This document shows, one piece after another, positions 1 through 8,643 of a stretch of DNA of 32,000 nucleotides (within the stretch, counting starts at the first letter, position 1; each line of letters begins with the position of its first letter). The notes under the pieces are model-generated. The model did not search any database, was not told the origin of the DNA, and saw only the letters and a program-made list of their open reading frames with translations. Source of the stretch: Candidatus Jordarchaeales archaeon (lineage in GTDB: Archaea > Asgardarchaeota > Jordiarchaeia > Jordiarchaeales > Freyrarchaeaceae); the NCBI GenBank assembly GCA_038858525.1, contig JAWCFL010000007.1:33744-65743 (forward strand), read 5' to 3'. The position numbers and the translations under genes are program-made.

Positions 1-257
1 CACACCGTGCATTTCCCCCTGTCCACGTGAAGCCCGTCCCTATTCAGCCTGAGCGCCCCAGCACTGCACGTCTTGATGCATGCTCTCACTCCAATGCACC
101 TTACATCATACCATACGAGCTCCGGCTTGGGGTTGATCCCTTCAGGGTTCTGGCACCAGGCACACCTGAGAGGGCACCCCTTCATGAAGACAGTCGTCCT
201 TATTCCGGGTCCGTCTTCGGTTGAAAACCTCTGAACATTAAAGATTACTCCTCCCAA
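1..257 (-). CDS. Glycyl-radical enzyme activating enzyme (radical SAM, with ferredoxin-like insert); 5' part only, runs off the left edge
   Basis: Manual translation from TTG at 257 gives GGVIFNVQRFSTEDGPGIRTTVFMKGCPLRCAWCQNPEG...RCIGVRACIKTC. This contains the GRE-activase N-terminal signature and the CxxxCxxC motif. It starts 13 nt after the GRE stop, with GGAG upstream. Absent from the ORF track. Confidence 0.95.
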   Translation of the reverse strand, partial: MGGVIFNVQRFSTEDGPGIRTTVFMKGCPLRCAWCQNPEGINPKPELVWYDVRCIGVRACIKTCSAGALRLNRDGLHVDRGKCTV

Positions 258-270
258 GGGACCCCGCTCC

Positions 271-2637
271 TTAGAGGCCGTGGCATGCCCTAGCTATTAT
301 TTCCTCCTGCTGTTCTCTTCCCAGTGTTACGAAGTAAGCGTTGTATCCCGTTACTCGGACAAGGAGGTTCCTGTACTCTTCAGGCTTCCTCTGGGCCTCC
401 CTCAGGATCTCTGGGTCTATCATGTTGACTTGCAGGCTTGTGCCTCCAACTTCGCAGCACGCTAGTAGGAATGCTGCCAGCTTCTCCAAGTGTTCCGCGT
501 CCCTCACCATTGAGGGGCTAAGCGTTATGACTTGCGATGCTCCATTGGGCGCTGTCTCAAGCCCGAGCTTCCCAACTGATCGTATCACGGCTGTTGGCCC
601 CTTCGTGTCCATTCCCTGAACAGGCTGGACTCCGTTCGACAAGAACCTGCCCCTAGGTCTCCCGTCTGGTGTAGCCGCTGTCTTGGGTGCGAAGTCTATG
701 TAGTAGTTCCACGAGAGGTAGCCTCCCCTGTATCTTCTCCCAGTTGCTGGGGAAATGTGTTTGAACACTTCCTGCGTCCAGTACATCGACACCTTACTAG
801 CTATTTGGTCTGCGTAGTCGTCGTCGTTGCCGAACTTTGGCGCCTTGAAGAGTAGCCGCCTCTGAAGCTCCTCGAACCCTTCAAAGTTCCTCTTTATGGC
901 CTCCATGAGCTCCTCCATTTTTACTTCCTTCTCCTCAAAGACAAGCTTCTTGACCGCAGCTAGGCTGTCGGCGGCCGTTGCTAGCCCTACGCCCTCGACC
1001 GTTATAAAGTTGTAAATCGCTCCCCCTTGCCTCACGTCTATGCCTTTTTCAGCGCACCCGTCTACGAGAGCGGAGAGATATGGAACCGGCTCCCAGCGTG
1101 CCCTTATCGCGTCAGCCTCTGAAGCAAGCTCCAGTGTTCTCTCAATACACTTTTTGAGCTGGGCGAAGTATGCCTCCTCAAATTCCTCATAACTCTCGAA
1201 GCTTCTAGGGTCCTTGGTCTTTACTCCTATCATCTCGCCGGTTTTAAGGTCGCAGCCCATGCCGAAAACCAGCTCTACAGGCTTGGCGAGGTTTATGTTG
1301 ACATCCACGGTCCCAGACCTATCTTTCCCCTGAGCCGTGTTTTCAAGGCAACCCACAACTCCATAGTCCCAAGCTTCATCCTCTGGAATCCCCTCCCAAA
1401 CCATTCCTTTTATCGCATTCTCGTCGAAGTTTATCAGGAAGGGTGAGCCCTGCGTCCGCGTCAAAACCTCGCAAACCCTGAGGAGAAACTCCCTCGAAAT
1501 GTTCCTGTGTATTCTGACGTTGAGCTTCGGTTCGAGCATGTTCATTTCCTCGGCGACCTCGAGGACGAGCCAGGTGAGCTCGTTCACGGCGTCGCCCCCA
1601 TCCTTTTTTATTCCGCCTATTGTTATTAGCTGGCCGAAGCCCGAGTTGATCCCTTGGTTCCCTATTTTGCCCATGTAGTCGTAAGCGTAGTTGTGCTTCA
1701 CCCAGAAGCACTGGAGAAGCTCCTTCGCCATCTCCCTCGTAAGCCTACCCTTCTCTATGTCCCTCTTGTAGTATGGATACATGTACTGGTCGAGCCTCCC
1801 ATGGGATAGCCCTGGTCCCGGGTAGCTCTCAGCGGCCATCACGAGCATGTGCGTGAACCAGACCGACTGCAAAGCCTCCCAGAAGGACTCGGCAGGCTCC
1901 CATGGAACCTTCCTGCATATTCTGGCTATCTCGAGTAGCTCAGCCCGCCTTCCCTCATCCTTCTCTTTTTCCGCTAGTCTTTCAGCCTCCTCAGCGTATC
2001 TCTCAGCAAACCTTTTGACGGCTTCGACAGCTATCACCATGGCCCTCACGTAGTCCTTCTTCGCCTTATCCCTGTGCTTATCCATCCAATGGAGGAGCTC
2101 GTCCCTTATCCCTCTGAACCCCTTCTCGAGAACCTTCCTGTAGTTTGGGATTATGTGTCCCGGTATGGCGCCACAGTTCATAACGCCTAAGTCGGAGAGC
2201 TTAACCATCCTTCTAAACCAGCTCTCCTCAGCCTTCCTCCACTTTTCCGCCTCCTTCTTTGTGAAGCACTTTGAGAGGGCAGTGTTGAAGTTGAAGCCGA
2301 CTATTAGCTCACCGTCAAGTATCCTAACGGGGAGATACTCCTCGATCACCTTTCTAAAGAATATAGCCCTCCTGACGGGCAGGCTCTCCCTCCAGAACTC
2401 CTCGGGGAGTTCAACTCTGACCGCTATCGTTTTGAGCGTGTCCCTCATCGCAGGGAGGAAGGGGAACAGTTCAGGAACTACTCCCCAATCATGGTAAGAA
2501 AACACTTCGTCCCACGGCGTCCCAGTAGTGTAAGCGATCACCTCGTTGGTGGGTCTCGTTTCGAATGAGAAGTACTCGCTCCTAAGCTTTCTAACCCTAG
2601 CGGAGAGCTTCTCGGAGGGAGCCCAAATTCTTATCAT
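271..2637 (-). CDS. Glycyl radical enzyme (PFL2/glycerol-dehydratase-like family), substrate unknown
   Basis: 788 aa; C-terminal glycyl loop LLVRVTGYNAYF (RVxGY); thiyl loop VVGCLEN (GCxE); GRLDQY and PKFGNDDDYAD motifs; adjacent activase. Confidence 0.95.
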   Translation of the reverse strand: MIRIWAPSEKLSARVRKLRSEYFSFETRPTNEVIAYTTGTPWDEVFSYHDWGVVPELFPFLPAMRDTLKTIAVRVELPEEFWRESLPVRRAIFFRKVIEEYLPVRILDGELIVGFNFNTALSKCFTKKEAEKWRKAEESWFRRMVKLSDLGVMNCGAIPGHIIPNYRKVLEKGFRGIRDELLHWMDKHRDKAKKDYVRAMVIAVEAVKRFAERYAEEAERLAEKEKDEGRRAELLEIARICRKVPWEPAESFWEALQSVWFTHMLVMAAESYPGPGLSHGRLDQYMYPYYKRDIEKGRLTREMAKELLQCFWVKHNYAYDYMGKIGNQGINSGFGQLITIGGIKKDGGDAVNELTWLVLEVAEEMNMLEPKLNVRIHRNISREFLLRVCEVLTRTQGSPFLINFDENAIKGMVWEGIPEDEAWDYGVVGCLENTAQGKDRSGTVDVNINLAKPVELVFGMGCDLKTGEMIGVKTKDPRSFESYEEFEEAYFAQLKKCIERTLELASEADAIRARWEPVPYLSALVDGCAEKGIDVRQGGAIYNFITVEGVGLATAADSLAAVKKLVFEEKEVKMEELMEAIKRNFEGFEELQRRLLFKAPKFGNDDDYADQIASKVSMYWTQEVFKHISPATGRRYRGGYLSWNYYIDFAPKTAATPDGRPRGRFLSNGVQPVQGMDTKGPTAVIRSVGKLGLETAPNGASQVITLSPSMVRDAEHLEKLAAFLLACCEVGGTSLQVNMIDPEILREAQRKPEEYRNLLVRVTGYNAYFVTLGREQQEEIIARACHGL

Positions 2638-2873
2638 TTAAACCACAACCAAAAGCGTGCTTATCAACGTCTAAAATTAGGGTTCACTTTGATTTTAAAC
2701 GTTTTTCCAGACTGCTGCACGGGTAAAGCGGGCGAAGCAATTCCAGCGTAGACTTGTCTCGGTTACCACCTTCTTAGGTCATTAATTCGCCTTGTTTTTT
2801 CGTATCAGCCCGGTTTGGCGGCTTCGCCGACGTTTGACCGCAACCTTTAAGGGTGAATTACGTAAAGTATTTC

Positions 2874-3107
2874 ATGGTGGTGTTCTTGTCTGTAATTACG
2901 ATCAGAGTTCCTGACGACTTGAGAAAGAGGATGCGCCGCGTGAAGGTTAACTGGAGCGAGGAGATAAGGAGGTTTATTGCTCAGCGCGTTGAGGAGGAGG
3001 AGCGTAAAGAAAACCTTGAAAGGGCCATCAAGATGCTCAGGGGGAGAAAGGGTGTCGAGAAAGGTTTCTCGGCGGCGTCTGTGAGGGAGGACCGTGAATG
3101 TGGTTGA
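2874..3107 (+). CDS. vapB: VapB-type antitoxin (RHH/CopG-like)
   Basis: ITIRVPDDLRKRM N-terminal ribbon-helix-helix pattern; overlaps the downstream PIN gene. Start uncertain (ATG 2874 or TTG 2886; track gives 2853). Confidence 0.8.
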   Translation: MVVFLSVITIRVPDDLRKRMRRVKVNWSEEIRRFIAQRVEEEERKENLERAIKMLRGRKGVEKGFSAASVREDRECG

Positions 3108-3486
3108 CGCCTCATCCCTCGCCAAGGTTCTTCTACAGGAGGAAGGGTGGGAAGAAGTCGACCTGACCGATAGGACGGCGACACTCGACCACGCGCTTAT
3201 AGAGACTCTCAACGCCGTGTGGAAAGCTGCAATACAAGGAAGGCTGAGCGAGGAGGACGCCATGGAGAGAGTCGAGGCGTTGAAGCTCATCGGCAGCGGG
3301 CTCCTAGTCTTCAAGGCTCAAGATTACTTCAAGCGATCGATTGAGATAGCCCTAGCAGAAAAAGTCACGGTTTACGACGCAGTATACATAGCTCTCGCCG
3401 AGCAACTTGGAGCAGAACTTCAAACCTCAGACGCCAAACAGTTTCTAGCAGCTAAAAAGTATGTGAAAGCAAAACTCATAAAGTAA
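3094..3486 (+). CDS. vapC: PIN-domain toxin (VapC family)
   Basis: VVDASSL...E...TVYDAVYIALA...TSD, the PIN acidic motif set; 130 aa; coupled to the upstream antitoxin. Confidence 0.9.
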   Translation: MNVVDASSLAKVLLQEEGWEEVDLTDRTATLDHALIETLNAVWKAAIQGRLSEEDAMERVEALKLIGSGLLVFKAQDYFKRSIEIALAEKVTVYDAVYIALAEQLGAELQTSDAKQFLAAKKYVKAKLIK

Positions 3487-3624
3487 ATGTGAAGTGCCAA
3501 TTGCTGCGACGTGAAGCCAACTTGCTCCCAACTTGGGTTGTCGGCTCCCAAGTCCTTTGGAAAGGGAAATGGTCAGCAACTCTGGCTGATAGTCTCTATC
3601 TCCTAAGGCTACTGATTCTTTGGG

Positions 3625-3765
3625 CTCGGTCCATATGAGTTTTAGTTTGAGTTCTGGAAACAATTACTGGATTTTCTCGAAGTCTTCGTCTTTTGACCAT
3701 AGCTCTAAGTTGTAGGTTACGGTGTTGCCGCTATGTAGACGTCGTTTTCACTTACGCTGATCCCC
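3625..3765 (-). pseudogene. C-terminal remnant of a PIN-domain (VapC) gene
   Basis: Manual translation across one frameshift and one stop: GISVSENDVYIAAT/TVTYNLELWSKDEDFEKIQ*LFPELKLKLI, matching the PIN C-terminal NDxxIAAT...LxTxDxDF pattern. Confidence 0.65.
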
Positions 3766-4034
3766 CCTTCTCTTATTGTGTAGTGTTATCCAGCCCTTGA
3801 CGAGCTCGATAACCAAGTTTATTGCTGAGTCCACGTAGTGCTTGGAGAAGCTCCAGCCGCCAGTAGTTCACGCCTAAGCCTCCTCCTATCCTCCTCGGTG
3901 AGGGTTAGGTGGGCTTTGCTTGAGAACTTCACGTGGGGGTAAGATATACTCCAACCCTCGGCTTGACCTTAAAGTAATCCTCGATTAGGCCTTTTGGAGC
4001 CTCTACTGGGCCCGTAGCCTTTGACTGCTTCCAT
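3748..4034 (-). pseudogene. tnpB: Frameshifted, truncated TnpB/OrfB N-terminal fragment (IS200/IS605/IS607 type)
   Basis: Fragments in different frames: MEAVKGYG/PVEAPKGLIEDYFKVK/HVKFSSKAHLTLTEEDRRRLRRELL/WSFSKHYVDSAINLVIELVKGWITLHN. The KHYVDSAI motif is recalled from archaeal OrfB proteins. At least three frameshifts. Confidence 0.7.
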
Positions 4035-4176
4035 GTTTTTCGCCCTCGCTTTTAGGGTGGTTGAGCTTGCCGGTGGGGGCTGACCGCTTTAATATCCCCC
4101 TTTCTTCTGCCACTTCCACGAGGTCTTAAATGTCGTGCCGAGCTTCTTGGCAACCTTGGAGGGACGTAGGAGTTAT

Positions 4177-4199
4177 TCCTCCATCAAGGTGATGGAGGA
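4177..4199. repeat. Perfect 10-bp inverted repeat with 3-nt loop
   Basis: TCCTCCATCA-AGG-TGATGGAGGA; overlaps the start codon (4184) of the tnpA-like fragment. Confidence 0.85.
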
Positions 4200-4377
4200 G
4201 TTAGAGCACCATTTAATTTATCTATCCAAAACTGCTAACGAGGGCAACGAAATAGCTGATAAGGGGAAATTAGAGTTTGGGATCCTGGAGCATGCATCTC
4301 CAAGTTGACCTTTTTTTGATTGGTTGCAGAGCCTTTTTTAAACTTAGAATTTATCTAATTCATGGTGAGAAATATTC

Positions 4378-4866
4378 TTGGTGGGCTTAGGCATGGAAGG
4401 GTTGTCGTTTGAGGAGCTTATGGGGCGTCTGGATGTGGCCTCCCGGGAGCTGAAGCGGTTTTTCGGGGGGGCTTACGCTGGGCTGATGCTTTTCGGAAGT
4501 TGGGCTAGGGGTGAGGCTGGGGAGAAGAGTGACGTCGACGTCCTCGTAGTGTTAAGGGGGGCTGAAGGGTTAAGGGTTAGGGGTGAAGTCTACAGGGTTT
4601 TGGCTAGGCATGTTGGAAGGCCTCTTACTCTAGTGGACGTCGAGCTGAGTGAGGTTTCAAGGGATAACTTTGAGGTTACGCCTCTGCTTCTCAACGCGCT
4701 CTATGATGGTGTGGTGGTCTACGATGAGTTTGGAGTTCTTGGGGCGCTTAAGCAGAAGACCGCCAAACTAGTCAAAAAAGCGCGCCTAACAAGGTACAGG
4801 ACGCCAGACGGGAAGTACGGGTGGAGGAGGGTTGACGGAAAACCCTTGGAGGCTGTGGAGGTTTGA
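4378..4866 (+). CDS. Minimal nucleotidyltransferase (MNT) antitoxin
   Basis: FGSWARGEAGEKSDVDVLVV (GS...DxD); overlaps the HEPN gene. Start may be ATG 4393. Confidence 0.9.
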   Translation: MVGLGMEGLSFEELMGRLDVASRELKRFFGGAYAGLMLFGSWARGEAGEKSDVDVLVVLRGAEGLRVRGEVYRVLARHVGRPLTLVDVELSEVSRDNFEVTPLLLNALYDGVVVYDEFGVLGALKQKTAKLVKKARLTRYRTPDGKYGWRRVDGKPLEAVEV

Positions 4867-5291
4867 AGTTTAACCCAGCCAACGAGGTGTCCTACAGAGC
4901 TAGGCTCGCCGCCCGCTACTTGGAGGAGGCAGAGGATGCGCTCAGGCGGCGAGATTACAGGGGGGCTGTAGCTTCATCTCAGCTTTCCACTGAAAACTCG
5001 GCTAAGGCTGTCATCGCCTTGTTTAGTATACCCAGCTGGAGCCATGACCCTTCCCACGAGCTTCTCGAGGTCCTACACATGTTGCCAGAAAACATGAGGA
5101 GACTGGCTGAAGAGCTCGCGGAAATTGCAAGGCAGCTTGCCCCCGAGCATGGAAGAACCACGTATGGTGAACCCGTAAAGAGACTTACACCATGGGACAT
5201 CTACGATGAGGAAAGCGCTTCAGAAGCCCTTTCAAAGGCCACCAGAGCCCAAGAAATAATGAACATGATACTTAGCAAGATGAGGACATAA
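4863..5291 (+). CDS. HEPN-domain protein (MNT-HEPN pair)
   Basis: YLEEAEDALRRRDYRGAVASSQLSTENSAKA...SHD...TTYG, the HEPN (PF05168-like) pattern; 4-nt overlap with the MNT gene. Confidence 0.88.
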   Translation: MKFNPANEVSYRARLAARYLEEAEDALRRRDYRGAVASSQLSTENSAKAVIALFSIPSWSHDPSHELLEVLHMLPENMRRLAEELAEIARQLAPEHGRTTYGEPVKRLTPWDIYDEESASEALSKATRAQEIMNMILSKMRT

Positions 5292-5651
5292 ACCCTGCGA
5301 AGAAGACCTGTCTGAATCTTCGTTGGGCCCCTCGGCGGCACTTACTTCATCCACTAAACTGAAGCTTAGCATGCACGAGGAGCCCAGCTCAAAAACAGCT
5401 TTCTCCGGTCATCCTATCAGATTTTATGTTTCCAACTAAACCTTTGCCAGCGGTGGTTTCCCTCGCATCTCCAAAGGGACGAGGAATTGTAACAGTGCTC
5501 CCTCCATACCCCCTAGTCATATCAAAGATGTTTCTGTTCTCCCATTTAATCTTCCGCTTCGTGCGCCTCGGCTCCCTGTTTCACCCTCGCTTTCTTCGAC
5601 ACTTGACTGCCTCGACGCATATAACCTTCTCTTCTTCTCTCAAGTTTCCCT

Positions 5652-6062
5652 TTAGAGCTGTGTTCCCCTTAGCTTTTCTACAAGCTCTGATGTTTTGATG
5701 GCGCCTCGCTTGAGTAAGTCTGCATCCTCCGAGACCAATATTAGCTTTTCCACCCTGCTGACGTAGATATATGCGGCGTCGTAGAACGTCAGTTTCTCCT
5801 CGACGGCTAACTCTACAACTCTTGTCCAGCTGTCCCGGACGTCTAATAGCTTGATGCTCTTGAGGAACTCGTGGAGGAGCTGCGCTACTGGCTCCACCCT
5901 CCTCACCCTTCCTGTTAGGGCCTCTTTCCAAAGGGCGTTTCCCACCTCGTAGGGCGTAAGGGTTAAAGCTACCAGCCTACTAACATGGTCAAAAACCTCA
6001 TGCCCCAACTGGAGTATTAGGGGGAGAAGAGCTGATGCATCCAGCAAGTACTCTGCCACCAC
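5652..6062 (-). CDS. vapC: PIN-domain toxin (VapC family)
   Basis: YLLDASAL...YEVGNALWK...LTFYDAAYI...SED. Confidence 0.9.
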   Translation of the reverse strand: MVAEYLLDASALLPLILQLGHEVFDHVSRLVALTLTPYEVGNALWKEALTGRVRRVEPVAQLLHEFLKSIKLLDVRDSWTRVVELAVEEKLTFYDAAYIYVSRVEKLILVSEDADLLKRGAIKTSELVEKLRGTQL

Positions 6063-6063
6063 A

Positions 6064-6297
6064 TCACCTCTTATCCCTAGACTCCCTTACCGCCCTCGCC
6101 CAGTCCTCAGCGGTGAAGTCGATGTTCCTCAGAGCCTCTTCGAGCAGCCTCTTAAGCTTCTCCTTCTTCACTCTCCTGACTTCACTCTCGATCGCCTTCT
6201 CGACCACGCTCCTCAAGTCTATCCCAAGTTTCTCTGCTTCCTCCTTAAGCTCGCGCTTAACCCTGACGGACACAACGGAAGTAGCCAGGACCACCAC
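6064..6297 (-). CDS. vapB: VapB/CcdA-like RHH antitoxin
   Basis: VVSVRVKRELKEEAEKLGIDLRSVVEKAIESEV; stops 1 nt before the PIN gene. Start re-assigned to GTG 6297/6294, downstream of a TATA box (track start 6396). Confidence 0.8.
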   Translation of the reverse strand: MVVLATSVVSVRVKRELKEEAEKLGIDLRSVVEKAIESEVRRVKKEKLKRLLEEALRNIDFTAEDWARAVRESRDKR

Positions 6298-6314
6298 CTC
6301 TCCGAAAAGTAGAG

Positions 6315-6334
6315 TATACATGCATGTATAAAAA
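6315..6334 (-). promoter_or_regulatory. TATA box with overlapping perfect 16-bp palindrome (putative TA autoregulatory operator)
   Basis: TATACATGCATGTATA at 6315-6330 is its own reverse complement; minus-strand TTTTTATA at 6327-6334, about 30 nt upstream of the antitoxin start. Confidence 0.65.
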
Positions 6335-6707
6335 TATTTTGTAAACAAAAAATTGTAGACAGAGCCATGTCTAGGCGGTGGAAACCGTAGCGGCATTCTT
6401 AAGCCATAGCCTACGAAGACACCGCAGAGAAAACTTAACGCTCCATTTCACCGTGGAGACAGGCGAACCAAAGAAGTCAATGTTCACTTGCTGGTTGCTA
6501 CGTCATCCGCGAAGCATAAACAAATCAACATCTACCTCTAACACGGGGGAAGCCATATAGCGTAACCTATAGAAAGCTACATCCTCAAGGGCTAACGAGC
6601 ATCGTAAACCCAGAATGCGCACTTCACCGGATAAAACACCAGATAACTGCCTCTTTAACAGTTAAGGTTGGAAAAACGTATCGAGGAAGTAGGCTACGTT
6701 TTCGTAG

Positions 6708-8111
6708 CTACCGCTTTATTTTTTCTGCTGGTAGTGTGTCGAGCTCATTTATTATGTCAATGAACATCCTCGCTAGTTTTTCAAGCTGGTCCCTGGCAAC
6801 CTTGTCAGGCGTATCCGTGGCGTCGAAGAGGTATACGGGCCCACTTATCAAGCTATATATTGGGACCCCATTTTTCCAGAACAAGTGCGCGTCAGTTGGC
6901 ACATCTATCGGCGTCGTCGTCGGCAAGACGAGTATTCTCTCAACTCCATTCTTAACTATAGCTCTCTTTGCAACATCAACCATGACGGGGTTATCAGTCG
7001 TGAAGAGGCCTCTCGGCTCCACCTCCCCAGTCACGACCGCCACTCCCTCCTTTTCAAGGCACTCTTTGGCGACGTGCTCCACCGCTATGTCCACCAACGC
7101 CCTAGCCACAATGTCACTCTTATGTGCCTCTATGAATGCCTTCTGCCCTATCCCCTCAGCACCCCCATAAAAGTGGCCGGCCGTGAATAGGAAGACCAAG
7201 GTTCTCCTCATCCGCTTCCCCAGCTGAGCGAAGTACTTAGCTAACGCTAGGACAACAGAGCAGCCCGAAGCATCCTCTACAGCACTCTGGAACGGGCCAT
7301 CATGATGAGAGTGGACGATTATGACTTCATCCGTCTCACCAGGCAGAACCCCATAAACGTTGTGCGTCACCGCAGGCTTAACTTCCGCCTTAAGCACAAT
7401 CTTAGCCTTCACCCTCCCTTTGTTCAGCATTTCCTTCAGCTTCATTCCGGTCTCCCTGCTAACCCAAATACCAGGCATCGGCCTCATAACTCCATCGTAG
7501 GGGGCGTAGTAAGTTAACTCTTTCCCGAGCTTCGGGTAGTCCTCAAGTATACCGATAAACCCCACCGCTCCACGCTCGCGCGCCATCTCGTAGGCATCGT
7601 AGCCACCCTGTATGAGACCCATACCCATGCAGTTTGGGCGTATCCAAGTTGCAGGGTGCACCCAGTCAGGCGTTATGGTTTCCCCCGGGTCATACGTGAA
7701 GTACGCTATCGAGCGTAGAAGAGACACCGGAAGAGGAAGGAACCTAACGCTGACCACCACTATTTTTCCCTTCACGTCAGCCTTCCCGAAGTCCTCAGCG
7801 CGCCCCTCGCCAACATAGACTAACTCGCCCTCCAAGCCGCTGGTGGGAGCCGAGTAGGGAACATAGAAGCACGGCAATTTCGCAGCCTTCCCCCCTTCAG
7901 GCCACACCTCCAAGCTCCACTTCTTAGCCGTCCAAAGGGTTATATTTATGGGCTCCATGCGGACATCCCTAAAGCCGAACTCCAGAAGCTTGTCGCGAAG
8001 ATACTTTTCAGCCTTAAGGTCGCCTTTGCTCCCCGGAACCCTTGGCCCCATGGAATAAAGGTCCAGCACCCACCGGAAAATCTCACCCTGAAAAGACACA
8101 CTAGAAACCAA
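6708..8111 (-). CDS. M28/M20-clan metallohydrolase with PA domain (aminopeptidase-like, atypical metal ligands)
   Basis: PA-like LVYVGEG...DVKGKIVVV; HNVYGVLPG; SHHDG; EDASG; DTPDKV C-terminus. Confidence 0.85.
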   Translation of the reverse strand: MVSSVSFQGEIFRWVLDLYSMGPRVPGSKGDLKAEKYLRDKLLEFGFRDVRMEPINITLWTAKKWSLEVWPEGGKAAKLPCFYVPYSAPTSGLEGELVYVGEGRAEDFGKADVKGKIVVVSVRFLPLPVSLLRSIAYFTYDPGETITPDWVHPATWIRPNCMGMGLIQGGYDAYEMARERGAVGFIGILEDYPKLGKELTYYAPYDGVMRPMPGIWVSRETGMKLKEMLNKGRVKAKIVLKAEVKPAVTHNVYGVLPGETDEVIIVHSHHDGPFQSAVEDASGCSVVLALAKYFAQLGKRMRRTLVFLFTAGHFYGGAEGIGQKAFIEAHKSDIVARALVDIAVEHVAKECLEKEGVAVVTGEVEPRGLFTTDNPVMVDVAKRAIVKNGVERILVLPTTTPIDVPTDAHLFWKNGVPIYSLISGPVYLFDATDTPDKVARDQLEKLARMFIDIINELDTLPAEKIKR

Positions 8112-8248
8112 AACAGGTCTCCCTCCTTAAATTAAATGTAACAAGTGTGCCTAAAAAGGTTTCCAAAAAATGATCCGGAGAAGTGGACGCTAAAAGAGGA
8201 GACAAAGGAAAAATAACTGGAAATGCAATATCTATTTGAGGGAAAATG

Positions 8249-8643
8249 ATGTCTGAGGGTTTCAGGGAGGAAGTGCTGGACTGGTGGAGGGAACAGGGCA
8301 CAACCTAAGGCAGGCGGCGAAGAACATCGAAATAGAGGAATACAGCGTAGCAGCCTTCCTTTGCCATCAAGTCGCAGAGAAAGCTTTGAAAGCGCTCTAC
8401 ATGGCTAAGAAGGCGCGTATCCCTCCGAGGGGATATGACCTTCTTAAGCTTGGACGAGCTGTTGAGGCTGAGGAGGTTATGAGAGAGCTGAAGCTCCTTA
8501 ACCCGCATTATACAGTTGCAAGGTATCCCAATGCAGCTAACACTGTTCCAAGCGAGCTCTACACGAGGGAAATGGCCGAGGCTTGTTTAGACGCCGCTAG
8601 GAGAGTGGTAGAGTGGGCGAGGCGCTCAGGAGGACTGCCATGA
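8249..8643 (+). pseudogene. HEPN-domain protein with a 1-nt frameshift near the 5' end
   Basis: ATG 8249 gives MSEGFREEVLDWWRE then a stop; the other frame continues GHNLRQAAKNIEIEEYSVAAFLCHQVAEKALKALY...LNPHYTVARYP. The track ORF 8284..8643 is the downstream frame. Confidence 0.8.

Larger units (their letters stand above)
3748..4200 (-). mobile_element. Decayed IS607-like element (MerR-type HTH tnpA fragment 4184 to ~4040, plus tnpB fragment)
   Basis: Upstream of the tnpB fragment, MEE*LLRPSKVAKKLGTTFKTSWKWQKKG then ...PTGKLNHPKSE resembles the N-terminal HTH of IS607 serine-recombinase TnpA, with a nonsense codon and frameshift. Confidence 0.6.

Noticed and set aside
27-224. 65-aa plus-strand ORF
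   Set aside because: Antisense to the clearly recognisable GRE activase.
271-2637. Annotation as canonical pyruvate formate-lyase (pflB)
   Set aside because: It has a single-Cys GCLE loop rather than the adjacent Cys-Cys pair of PFL.
5300-5650. Decayed gene downstream of the second vapC (contains VEAVK, similar to the tnpB start)
   Set aside because: The match is too short and no further motifs line up in any frame.
6400-6700. ORF 6378..6560 or a gene relic upstream of the second vapB
   Set aside because: No family motifs found in the frames I translated.
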